Source: an uncultured Oscillospiraceae bacterium (GTDB lineage: Bacteria; Bacillota; Clostridia; Oscillospirales; Oscillospiraceae). Taken from it: 64,000 nucleotides of DNA. Position numbers and translations under genes: made by a program. The stretch covers positions 80,406 through 144,405 of the forward strand of contig CANQXG010000001.1 in NCBI GenBank assembly GCA_947627735.1. Reading direction: 5' to 3'. The notes beneath the pieces were generated by a model. That model ran no database searches. It saw only the letters and a program-made list of their open reading frames with translations, and was not told the origin of the DNA. How positions within the stretch are numbered: the first letter of the stretch is position 1; every line of letters starts with the position of its first letter. Of this stretch, positions 55,069 to 62,498 are shown piece after piece.

Positions 55069-55791
55069 ATGCGTATAGCGCTGGCATCCTACACCTGCCG
55101 GGACAACGATGTCCCCTTCAACCTCTCCCAGATCGAAAAGGCCATGGCCCGGGTGCGGGGAGAGGCGGACGTGCTCTGCTTCGGCGAGGCCTATCTGCAG
55201 GGATTCAACTGCCTTTGCTGGGACTACGCCGTGGACGCCGGCGTGGCCCTCGACCGCGATTCCGCGCCGATCCGGCGGCTGCGGGCGCTGACAGAGGAAT
55301 ACGGCACGGCCCTTATCACCGGCTACATCGAGCGGGAGGCAGACAGCCTCTATTCCTCCTGCATCGCCGTCGACGGCGGTCAGATCGTACACGATTACCG
55401 GCGCATCTCCCAGGGCTGGAAGGAATACTGGCACACCGACGGCCACTATAAGGAGGGCGACAGGCCGGAGACCTTCCGGCTGCGGGGCAGAGAGATCATG
55501 CCCGCCCTGTGCGGCGATATGTGGGACTATCCGGAGCGGTTCCGCACCGAGCATCTTCTCCTCTGGCCTGTCTATGTGGACTTCTCCGTGGAGGAATGGG
55601 AGCGGGAGGAGATCGCCTCCTACGCCCGCCAGGCGGCCCTGGCGGCGGAGCATGTCCTCATGGTCAACCCCATCGACCCGCCCCACAACCACGGCGGCGC
55701 GTTTTATTTCCGCCGCGGGCGTCTGGTCAGCCGCCTCCCCTTCGACCAGGAGGGCATACTGATCGTCGATATCGGCGACGAGGTTTCATAA
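55069..55791 (+). CDS. carbon-nitrogen hydrolase (nitrilase superfamily) protein (240 aa)
   Basis: Glu motif VLCFGEAYLQG and Cys motif ALCGDMWDYPE. The position of the catalytic Lys appears as YRR (see findings). Confidence 0.7.
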   Translation: MRIALASYTCRDNDVPFNLSQIEKAMARVRGEADVLCFGEAYLQGFNCLCWDYAVDAGVALDRDSAPIRRLRALTEEYGTALITGYIEREADSLYSSCIAVDGGQIVHDYRRISQGWKEYWHTDGHYKEGDRPETFRLRGREIMPALCGDMWDYPERFRTEHLLLWPVYVDFSVEEWEREEIASYARQAALAAEHVLMVNPIDPPHNHGGAFYFRRGRLVSRLPFDQEGILIVDIGDEVS

Positions 55792-55792
55792 A

Positions 55793-56545
55793 ATGCCTAT
55801 GGACAAAGACCTGGAAAAGCGCATAGAGGAACTCTCCGCCCGGTGCGAGAGGCAGAGCCTGGTCACCTCCACCGGCTTTCTCACCATGGCCGAGCAGGCG
55901 GAGGTCACCGCCTGGGCCAAGCGCCGACCGGAGGTGAAGCTGCACTTGGACGGCGGCGGCGCCGCCTGCGAGCGCAAGTGCGCCTTCTTCCTGCCCTTTT
56001 ATGCTGAGGAAGAGGACTTCGACCCCGCCGAGCACATCCGCGCGGTGAAGGTGACCGCCTATTTCGGCGAGCCGGGCCACCGGGACTACATGGGCGCTGC
56101 CCTGGGCCTTGGTGTGCGCCGGGAGTGGATCGGGGACTTTCAGGTCCTGGGCGGCACGGCGTATATCTTCTGCCTGCCCACGGTGGAGAAGCTGCTGGTG
56201 GACGAGCTGACCCAGGTGGGGCGCGTTTCCGTCAGGACAGCCTCTATCCCCCTTGCCGACGTGCCCGCGCCGGAGCGGAAGGTGAAGAAGATGACCTTCA
56301 CGGTGAAGAGCCTGCGCCTGGACGCGGTGGCCGGCGGCATGTTCGGCATCTCCCGCACCCAGGCGGCGGAGCTGATCCGCGCCGGGGCGGTGACGCTCAA
56401 CTACGTCCAGTGCCTGCACGTGGACGCGCCCATAGCCCCCGGGGACGTGATCTCCATCCGGGGCCGGGGCAAGGGCGCCGTCGCCGCCCTGGGCGGCCAC
56501 TCCCGGAAGGACAGGACATTTCTGGAAACGGAGATATATCTGTAA
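55793..56545 (+). CDS. YlmH-like RNA-binding S4-domain protein (250 aa)
   Basis: N-terminal YlmH-type domain (FLTMAEQA, GGAACERKCAFF) and a C-terminal S4 domain (LRLDAVAGGMFGISRTQAAELIRAGAVTLN). Confidence 0.75.
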   Translation: MPMDKDLEKRIEELSARCERQSLVTSTGFLTMAEQAEVTAWAKRRPEVKLHLDGGGAACERKCAFFLPFYAEEEDFDPAEHIRAVKVTAYFGEPGHRDYMGAALGLGVRREWIGDFQVLGGTAYIFCLPTVEKLLVDELTQVGRVSVRTASIPLADVPAPERKVKKMTFTVKSLRLDAVAGGMFGISRTQAAELIRAGAVTLNYVQCLHVDAPIAPGDVISIRGRGKGAVAALGGHSRKDRTFLETEIYL

Positions 56546-56570
56546 CGGTCATATACGCCCCAGAATCCGG

Positions 56571-56682
56571 CCCCCTCTGACGAGGGGGCTGTCGCCGCTG
56601 TAAGCGGTGACTGGGGGAGAGAAATTAAGAATCTCTCCCTCCGTCGCGGCTTCGCCGCGCCACCTCCCTCGTCAGAGGGAGG
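56571..56682. repeat. about 112-bp nested palindromic (MITE/REP-like) element
   Basis: Hairpins at 56571-56588, 56591-56611, 56615-56639 (centre), 56646-56658 and 56663-56682. The left and right halves are imperfect reverse complements (ctctgacgag / ctcgtcagag). Confidence 0.75.
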
Positions 56683-56695
56683 CAGATAATACTGT

Positions 56696-56725
56696 GGGCC
56701 TGTTGTGAACAGGCCCGTATTTTTT
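56696..56725 (+). terminator. intrinsic terminator after the S4-domain gene
   Basis: Stem gggcctgtt / aacaggccc followed by gtatttttt. Confidence 0.8.
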
Positions 56726-56750
56726 CGCTCTTTCCGTACACACTATCCCC

Positions 56751-57770
56751 ATGGAAACGAAACGACTGGGAAAACAGACCGTCCGCCTCACCCTGCAGCC
56801 GGGCGTCGCCGCGGCGGCGTGCGTGGGCGGCAAGAAAGAGAGCGAAGGCCCTCTGCGCAAATACTTCGACTACCTCAGCGACGACTCCCGCTTCGGCGCC
56901 AAGAGCTGGGAGAAGGCGGAGAGCGCCATGCTGAAGATGTGCTGGTCCATCGCCTGCGACAAGGCCAAGACCTGCCCCGGGGACGTGCAGTACGTGTTCT
57001 CCGGCGACCTATTGAACCAGTGCGCCGGCTCGGCCTACGCCATGCGGGAGTGCGGCGTGCCCTACTTCGGCCTGTACGGCGCCTGCTCCACCATGGCGGA
57101 GGGACTTTCCCTGGCGGCCATGATGATCGACGGGGGCTTCTGCGACATATCCGCCGCGGCCACCAGCAGCCACTTCTGCTCCGCGGAGCGGCAGTACCGC
57201 TTCCCCCTGCAGTACGGCAGCCAGCGGCCCCCCACCGCCCAGCGGACCGTCACCGGCGCGGGGGCGCTGATCCTGCGCGCCGACGGCCCCGCCCCCTACG
57301 TCACCCATATCACCACCGGCGTCATCACCGACGCGGGGGTGACGGACATGAACAACATGGGCGCGGCCATGGCCCCGGCGGCCTACGAAACGCTGAAAGC
57401 CCACTTCGCCGACACGGGCCGGACACCGGATTACTACGACGCCATCGTCACAGGCGATCTGGGCATCGTAGGGTCCCACATCCTGGCGGACCTGTTCCTC
57501 CGGGACGGGGTGGACCTGGGGGTGCGGTATATGGACTGCGGCCGGCTCATCTACTCCGCCAACGGCCAGGACGCCCACTCCGGCGGCTCCGGCTGCGGCT
57601 GCTCGGCGGCGGTGCTGTGCGGCCATCTGCTCCACGGCATGCTGGAGCACAACTGGAACAGGCTCCTGTTCGCCGCCACCGGGGCCATGATGAGTCCCAC
57701 CACCAACCAGCAGGGGGAGAGCATCCCCGCCATCTGCCACGCGGTGGCGCTGGAGAATACGAGGTGCTGA
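56751..57770 (+). CDS. spoVAD: stage V sporulation protein AD (339 aa)
   Basis: Thiolase-like fold. FSGDLLNQ, YGACSTMAEG, ATSSHFCSAERQYRFPLQYG, AGGSGCGCSA-type motif (HSGGSGCGCSAAV) and SPTTNQQGESIPAICH. Confidence 0.92.
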   Translation: METKRLGKQTVRLTLQPGVAAAACVGGKKESEGPLRKYFDYLSDDSRFGAKSWEKAESAMLKMCWSIACDKAKTCPGDVQYVFSGDLLNQCAGSAYAMRECGVPYFGLYGACSTMAEGLSLAAMMIDGGFCDISAAATSSHFCSAERQYRFPLQYGSQRPPTAQRTVTGAGALILRADGPAPYVTHITTGVITDAGVTDMNNMGAAMAPAAYETLKAHFADTGRTPDYYDAIVTGDLGIVGSHILADLFLRDGVDLGVRYMDCGRLIYSANGQDAHSGGSGCGCSAAVLCGHLLHGMLEHNWNRLLFAATGAMMSPTTNQQGESIPAICHAVALENTRC

Positions 57771-57771
57771 C

Positions 57772-58143
57772 ATGAATGAAACGGTAATGGCATTTCTGAA
57801 GGCCTTTCTGGTGGGCGGGACGCTGTGCCTCATCGGCCAGCTTCTCATCGACCTGACGAAGCTCACTCCCGCCCGCATCCTCACCGGCTACGTGGTGGCC
57901 GGGGTGATATTGGGCGCGCTGGGGCTGTACCAGCCCCTGGCGGACTGGGCCGGAGCCGGGGCCACGGTGCCCCTGACCGGGTTCGGGAACCTGCTGGCCC
58001 AGGGCGTGCGGGAGGCGGTGGCCCAGCGGGGCGTCATCGGGGCCTTCACCGGCGGCTTCACCGCCGCGGCGGGAGGCGTGTGCGCCGCGGTGTTTTTCGG
58101 CATCCTGACGGCCACGGTGTTCAAAAGCCGGGAAAAATACTGA
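57772..58143 (+). CDS. spoVAE: stage V sporulation protein AE (SpoVAEb-type) (123 aa)
   Basis: AFLVGGTLCLIGQLLID and AGAGATVPLTGFGN closely resemble B. subtilis SpoVAEb rather than SpoVAC. Confidence 0.88.
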   Translation: MNETVMAFLKAFLVGGTLCLIGQLLIDLTKLTPARILTGYVVAGVILGALGLYQPLADWAGAGATVPLTGFGNLLAQGVREAVAQRGVIGAFTGGFTAAAGGVCAAVFFGILTATVFKSREKY

Positions 58144-58148
58144 AAAAC

Positions 58149-58172
58149 CAGGCACGGCCCGCGCCGTGCCTG
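58149..58172 (+). terminator. hairpin after spoVAE
   Basis: Perfect 10-bp stem caggcacggc / gccgtgcctg, but only 2 T residues follow. Confidence 0.45.
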
Positions 58173-58200
58173 TTGACATATGCATCGAGCGTGCTATCAT
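58173..58200 (+). promoter_or_regulatory. putative sigma-A promoter of the MFS gene
   Basis: TTGACA, a 16-nt spacer and TATCAT. This places the ATG at 58180 inside the promoter and favours the GTG start at 58225. Confidence 0.55.
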
Positions 58201-58224
58201 GTGCTTACGAAAGAGGGTGGGCGC

Positions 58225-59439
58225 GTGAAGCGCGAGAGGAAAAAGCTGTCCCCGGCCATGGGGTTCATACTGCTGTTCGGCGTGGTGAGCCTGTTCTCCG
58301 ACATGACCCACGAGGGCGCCGGGAGCATCCGGGGGGCCTATCTGGCCCTGCTGGGTGCCTCCGCCGGGACCATCGGGTTCGTGTCCGGCCTGGGCGAGAT
58401 GGTGGGCTTCTCCCTGCGGTATGTGTTTGGCCGCATCACCGACAAAACCGGCAAGTACTGGCCCATGACCATCCTGGGCTACGTGCTGGACATCGCCGCG
58501 GTGCCCGCCCTGGCATTGGTGGGCGAGCACGGCTGGGTGGCCGCCTGCGGGCTGCTCATCGTCCAGCGGGTGGGCAAGGCGGTGAAAAAGCCCGCCAAGG
58601 ACACCATCATGTCCTTCGCCGCCTCCCGGGAGGGGGCGGGCCGCAGCTTCGCCATCCAGGAGGTGCTGGACCAGATCGGCGCATTTCTGGGGCCGGTGCT
58701 GCTGTACGGGGTGATGGTGCTGAAAACGGACGGCACCCAGATCGAAAAATACGCCGCGGGCTTCGCCCTGCTGGCCGTGCCCGGGGCGGTGACGCTGCTG
58801 CTGCTCCTGCTCACCCGCCGGCGCTTCCCCGACCCGGAGCGGTTCGAGCCTACGCCCCGGGAGTACGTGCCCTTCCGGATGGAGGGCCGGTTCATCCGGT
58901 ACATCGCCGGCATCAGCCTGTTCGCCTTCGGCTTCGTGGACTACTCCCTCATCGCCATGCACGTGTCCCGCACATGGGCCGGCGGCGGCCTCATCACTGC
59001 CGACACCCTTCCCCTGCTGTACGCCGGGGCCATGCTGGTGGACGCGGCGGCGGCGCTGGTGTTCGGCCTGCTCTACGACCGCCGCGGCGTGGGCGCGCTC
59101 ATATGGTCCACGGTGCTGTCCGCCCCCTTCGCGCCGCTGGTGTTCTGCTGCCGGTCCCAGGCCGCGCTGCTGGCCGGGGTGGCCCTGTGGGGCGTGGGCA
59201 TGGGCGCCCAGGAGTCCATCCTCAAGGCTGCCGTCACCACCATGGTGCCCAAGGCCAGCCGGGCCACCGGCTACGGCATGTTCGAGTGCGCCTTCGGTCT
59301 GTTCTGGTTTTTGGGAAGCTGGCTGCTGGGAGCGCTGTATGAGGTGAGCCTGCCGGTGATGGCGGCGGTGTCCGTGCTGGCCCAGCTGGCCGCCATCCCC
59401 CTGTACGCCCTCTCCGCCCGGCCCAAACGCGATACATAA
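58225..59439 (+). CDS. MFS transporter (404 aa; start uncertain)
   Basis: About 12 predicted TM segments and an MFS-like loop GRITDKTGKYWP. The GTG at 58225 follows GAGGGTGG. Confidence 0.8.
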   Translation: MKRERKKLSPAMGFILLFGVVSLFSDMTHEGAGSIRGAYLALLGASAGTIGFVSGLGEMVGFSLRYVFGRITDKTGKYWPMTILGYVLDIAAVPALALVGEHGWVAACGLLIVQRVGKAVKKPAKDTIMSFAASREGAGRSFAIQEVLDQIGAFLGPVLLYGVMVLKTDGTQIEKYAAGFALLAVPGAVTLLLLLLTRRRFPDPERFEPTPREYVPFRMEGRFIRYIAGISLFAFGFVDYSLIAMHVSRTWAGGGLITADTLPLLYAGAMLVDAAAALVFGLLYDRRGVGALIWSTVLSAPFAPLVFCCRSQAALLAGVALWGVGMGAQESILKAAVTTMVPKASRATGYGMFECAFGLFWFLGSWLLGALYEVSLPVMAAVSVLAQLAAIPLYALSARPKRDT

Positions 59440-59451
59440 GATCCAGCATCG

Positions 59452-59477
59452 GACCTGCCCCCAGGGGCAGGTCTTTT
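59452..59477 (+). terminator. intrinsic terminator after the MFS gene
   Basis: Stem gacctgccc / gggcaggtc followed by tttt. Confidence 0.75.
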
Positions 59478-59559
59478 GCCGCGCTTCGTTTGCGACATAT
59501 TTCTGATTCCGTTGCAAACAGAGCGCCCGCAGATTTTCCTTCCGCGCTCCGCCGTTATA

Positions 59560-59568
59560 TGCTATAAT
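59560..59568 (+). promoter_or_regulatory. extended -10 promoter element (TGCTATAAT) upstream of the RNase gene
   Basis: TGcTATAAT lies 36 nt upstream of the ATG at 59605. No good -35. Confidence 0.5.
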
Positions 59569-59604
59569 AGCCGCAAAGCATTTGCTGCCCAAGGAGGCCA
59601 TCTG

Positions 59605-60114
59605 ATGAAACGCATCCTCTCCCTGCTGCTGGCCCTGACGCTGCTGGCGCTGTGCGCCGGCTGCGGCCAGGATCTGGGCGTCATCGGCGGCGCGGACGGC
59701 CCCACCGCGGTGATCGTCGGTGAAACCGTCCCGTCGGACGCCGACCTGCCCGTATACGGCGAGTACTATTACGACCTGGAGAACGTGGTGCTGTACCTGG
59801 CGCTCTACGGCGAGCTGCCGGACAACTACATCACCAAGGATGAGGCCCGTGACCTGGGCTGGCAGGGCGGCTCCGTGGAGGACTACCTGGAGGGCGCCGC
59901 CATCGGCGGGGACCGGTTCGGCAACCGGGAGGGCCTGCTGCCGGAGGCGCCGGGCCGGCACTACACCGAGTGCGACATCGACACCCTGGGCTATGGCTCC
60001 CGGGGCGCCCGGCGGCTGGTGTTCTCCGACGACGGGCTGTACTTCTACTCCGACGACCACTACGAGAGCTTCTCCGAGGTCACCGTCACGGAGGACTATG
60101 AGGTGATATGGTGA
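59605..60114 (+). CDS. barnase/binase-family (microbial N1/T1 superfamily) guanyl-specific ribonuclease with signal/lipoprotein-like leader (169 aa)
   Basis: Leader MKRILSLLLALTLLALCAGC. LPDNYITKDEARDLGW, IGGDRFGNREGLLP and SDDHYESFSEV align to barnase (LPDNYITKSEAQALGW, IGGDIFSNREGKLP, TTDHYQTFTKI), including the catalytic Glu and His. AAGGAGG RBS. Confidence 0.85.
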   Translation: MKRILSLLLALTLLALCAGCGQDLGVIGGADGPTAVIVGETVPSDADLPVYGEYYYDLENVVLYLALYGELPDNYITKDEARDLGWQGGSVEDYLEGAAIGGDRFGNREGLLPEAPGRHYTECDIDTLGYGSRGARRLVFSDDGLYFYSDDHYESFSEVTVTEDYEVIW

Positions 60115-60905
60115 ACACGGTCACACTGAACTGCGCCCGGCTCGCGGACCGGGAGCTGGCCCACACCTACCTGGCCGGGAGCCTGTCCCTGCCGGCGTGG
60201 TACGGGCGGAATCTGGACGCGCTGTACGACTGTCTGACGGACATAGGCCCCTGCGCCCTGGTGCTGGAGGACGCGGACAGCCTCCGCCGGGCGGGCGGCT
60301 ACGGCAGCCGCATCCTGGACGCCATCGACGACGCCGCCCGTGCCAACCCCGCTCTGACGGTGGAATACCGCCCCGCCCCCATGGCCACGCTGTTTTCCCT
60401 GGACGGGGCGAACTACGACCCCCGATGGCCGGCGGTCATACGCCCCTCCGTGCGGGCCATCATCCTCCGGGGCGATGAGATCGCCCTGGTCCACAGCCTG
60501 AAATACGACTACTACAAATTCCCCGGCGGGGGCGTCGAACCGGGAGAGGACCGCATCGCCGCCCTGGTCCGGGAGGTCCGGGAGGAGGCGGCCCTGGCGG
60601 TGCTGTCGGAGTCGGTCCGGCCCTATGGCATGGTCCTGCGCACCGAAAAGGGCGCGGGCGAGCGGGTATTCATCCAGGACAACTACTACTATCTCTGCCG
60701 CACCGCCCCGGAGGCCCTTGCCCAGGACCTGGACGGCTATGAGGCGGAGGAGGGCTTCACCCCGGAAACGGTGGCCCCCCAGACCGCCATCGCCGCCAAC
60801 CGGCGGCCTGACCACGGCCCCAAGTCCCCCCTGATGATCCTGCGGGAGGCCCGGGTGCTGGAAAAACTCATCGCCGACGGCTATCTGCCCGCCGACGGGA
60901 ACTAG
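60108..60905 (+). CDS. barstar-like RNase inhibitor domain fused to a Nudix hydrolase domain (265 aa)
   Basis: The N-terminus LSLPAWYGRNLDALYDCLTDIGPCALVLE aligns to barstar ([29 protein letters not shown]), with both inhibitory Asp residues kept. The C-terminus has the Nudix box GGGVEPGEDRIAALVREVREEAAL. The start overlaps the RNase stop (ATGGTGA). Confidence 0.8.
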   Translation: MVNTVTLNCARLADRELAHTYLAGSLSLPAWYGRNLDALYDCLTDIGPCALVLEDADSLRRAGGYGSRILDAIDDAARANPALTVEYRPAPMATLFSLDGANYDPRWPAVIRPSVRAIILRGDEIALVHSLKYDYYKFPGGGVEPGEDRIAALVREVREEAALAVLSESVRPYGMVLRTEKGAGERVFIQDNYYYLCRTAPEALAQDLDGYEAEEGFTPETVAPQTAIAANRRPDHGPKSPLMILREARVLEKLIADGYLPADGN

Positions 60906-60926
60906 ACCGGGACAAAAGGAGCCGCT

Positions 60927-61496
60927 ATGGACATACGCTTTTCCACCGAGCAGGACGCCTCCGCCCTGCTGGCCATCTATGAAAAGTACATCTCCACCTC
61001 CATCACCTTTGAAACGGAGGTACCCACGGTCACGGACTTCGCCGGCCGCATCCGGGACATCACGGCGGTGTACCCCTACCTGCTGCTGTCGGACGGCGGC
61101 AAGGCCGTGGGCTACGCCTACGCCCACCGGGCCAGGGAGCGGGCGGCCTACGACTGGTACGCGGAGCTGAGCGTGTACCTGGACCCGGCCTGCACCGGCC
61201 GGGGGCTGGGGAAAAAGCTCTACGGGCTGCTGATGGACCTGCTGGCCATGCAGGGCGTGCGCACCGCCATGGGCTGCGTCACCCTGCCCAACCCGGCCAG
61301 CGAGGCGCTGCACGCCTCCCTGGGCTTCCGCCTGGCGGGGGTGTCCTACAAGGCCGGCTACAAGGACGGGGCCTGGCACGACGTGGGGTGGTTCGAAAAG
61401 CCCCTGGGCAGCTATGACGTGCCCCCCGCGCCCCTGCGGCCTGTGGGCGCGCTGGACAGGGCCGCCGTGGCGGCGCTCCTCGCCCGGGCGTTTTGA
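60927..61496 (+). CDS. GNAT-family N-acetyltransferase, phosphinothricin/MnaT-like (189 aa)
   Basis: ITFETEVPTV, YAYAHRARERAAYDWYAELSVYLDP, GRGLGKKLY and ASEALHASLGFRLAG. Confidence 0.8.
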   Translation: MDIRFSTEQDASALLAIYEKYISTSITFETEVPTVTDFAGRIRDITAVYPYLLLSDGGKAVGYAYAHRARERAAYDWYAELSVYLDPACTGRGLGKKLYGLLMDLLAMQGVRTAMGCVTLPNPASEALHASLGFRLAGVSYKAGYKDGAWHDVGWFEKPLGSYDVPPAPLRPVGALDRAAVAALLARAF

Positions 61497-61512
61497 CATT
61501 CGGGACAGAAAA

Positions 61513-61546
61513 ATACGGGGGAAGAGCCTTCGCTCCTCCCCCGTAT
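61513..61546. terminator. bidirectional hairpin between convergent genes
   Basis: 10-bp stem atacggggga / tcccccgtat with a 14-nt loop and an A run upstream. Confidence 0.55.
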
Positions 61547-61554
61547 CCGCATTA

Positions 61555-62445
61555 TTATTGGACCTGCTCCAGGTACACGTCCCCGCCGCCGGTGGTGATG
61601 CGGCACAGGCCCCCGTTCTCGTCGCCGGGAGGGGTGTGCACGCTGCCGCCGCCGGCGTCGATCTCATACCGCTTGGGGCTGAGGATGTCCCCGGTCACGT
61701 TCCCGGACCCGGTGGTGATGTCCATGCCGGCCCCATCGCTGTCCCAGAACCCCACGTCCCCGCCCACGGAGGACAGGACCATCTCCCCGGCGGTCTTGAC
61801 CGCCGTCAGGCCCACGTCCCCGGTACCGGTCCCGACTTGGAGGCTGTCCAGCTCCACGTCGGACAGCCATACGTCCCCCTCTCCCGCGGTCAGGACCGCG
61901 TCGGCGGCGGTGCTGTCGGAAACAAATATGTCCCCGCTGCCTGTGGTAAGGCTGAGGTTGCCGTCCTGAAGGTCCCAGACGGATATGGTCCCGCTGTCCG
62001 TGGTGACGGTCAGGCTGTCCGGGCCGATCCGGTCGGAGGCGTACACATCCCCGCTGTCGGTGGTCACCGTGATGGTCTTACAGCTATCGGAGGGCAGGTA
62101 CACCGACAGGGAGATATAGTCGTCGTCCCGCAGCCTGTCCACCCAGGAGCTGCGCCGGCTCCACCGGACGGTGAGGACCCCGTCCATCACCTCCGCCACA
62201 GCGTCGATGCGGCTGTTCTCGGGCATATAGACCTCCGCCTCGCTGCCCCGGTCCCGGTACAGGAACACGTCGCACCCCTCCGCCTGCACGTCCAGGACCG
62301 TGAAGGGCGCGTCGATATCGTAGATCTGGGTTTCCGGCTCAGACGGGATGAACCAGTCGAAGCTGACGCCGAACAGGGGCATCACCGCCACCGCCAGCGC
62401 CACCCCCGCCAGGATCAGCGCAGCGGCGGCCAGCGTCTTTTTCAT
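61555..62445 (-). CDS. DUF4097-like beta-strand-repeat protein with N-terminal membrane anchor (296 aa)
   Basis: MKKTLAAAALILAGVALAVAV, then reiterated T(T/D)SGD(V/I)-type repeats (VTTDSGDVY, VTTDSGTIS, LTTGSGDIF, GTGTGDVG, ITTGSGNV, ITTGGGDVY). GGAGGAG RBS. Confidence 0.75.
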   Translation of the reverse strand: MKKTLAAAALILAGVALAVAVMPLFGVSFDWFIPSEPETQIYDIDAPFTVLDVQAEGCDVFLYRDRGSEAEVYMPENSRIDAVAEVMDGVLTVRWSRRSSWVDRLRDDDYISLSVYLPSDSCKTITVTTDSGDVYASDRIGPDSLTVTTDSGTISVWDLQDGNLSLTTGSGDIFVSDSTAADAVLTAGEGDVWLSDVELDSLQVGTGTGDVGLTAVKTAGEMVLSSVGGDVGFWDSDGAGMDITTGSGNVTGDILSPKRYEIDAGGGSVHTPPGDENGGLCRITTGGGDVYLEQVQ

Positions 62446-62498
62446 GCTCTCCTCCAGACCGGGACCGGGAGAGCACCGCTCCCCCGGTCCCGTAAGGT

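Noticed and set aside
57547-60060. 837-aa minus-strand ORF
   Set aside because: It is antisense to spoVAE, the MFS transporter and the barnase-like gene. It is a shadow frame.
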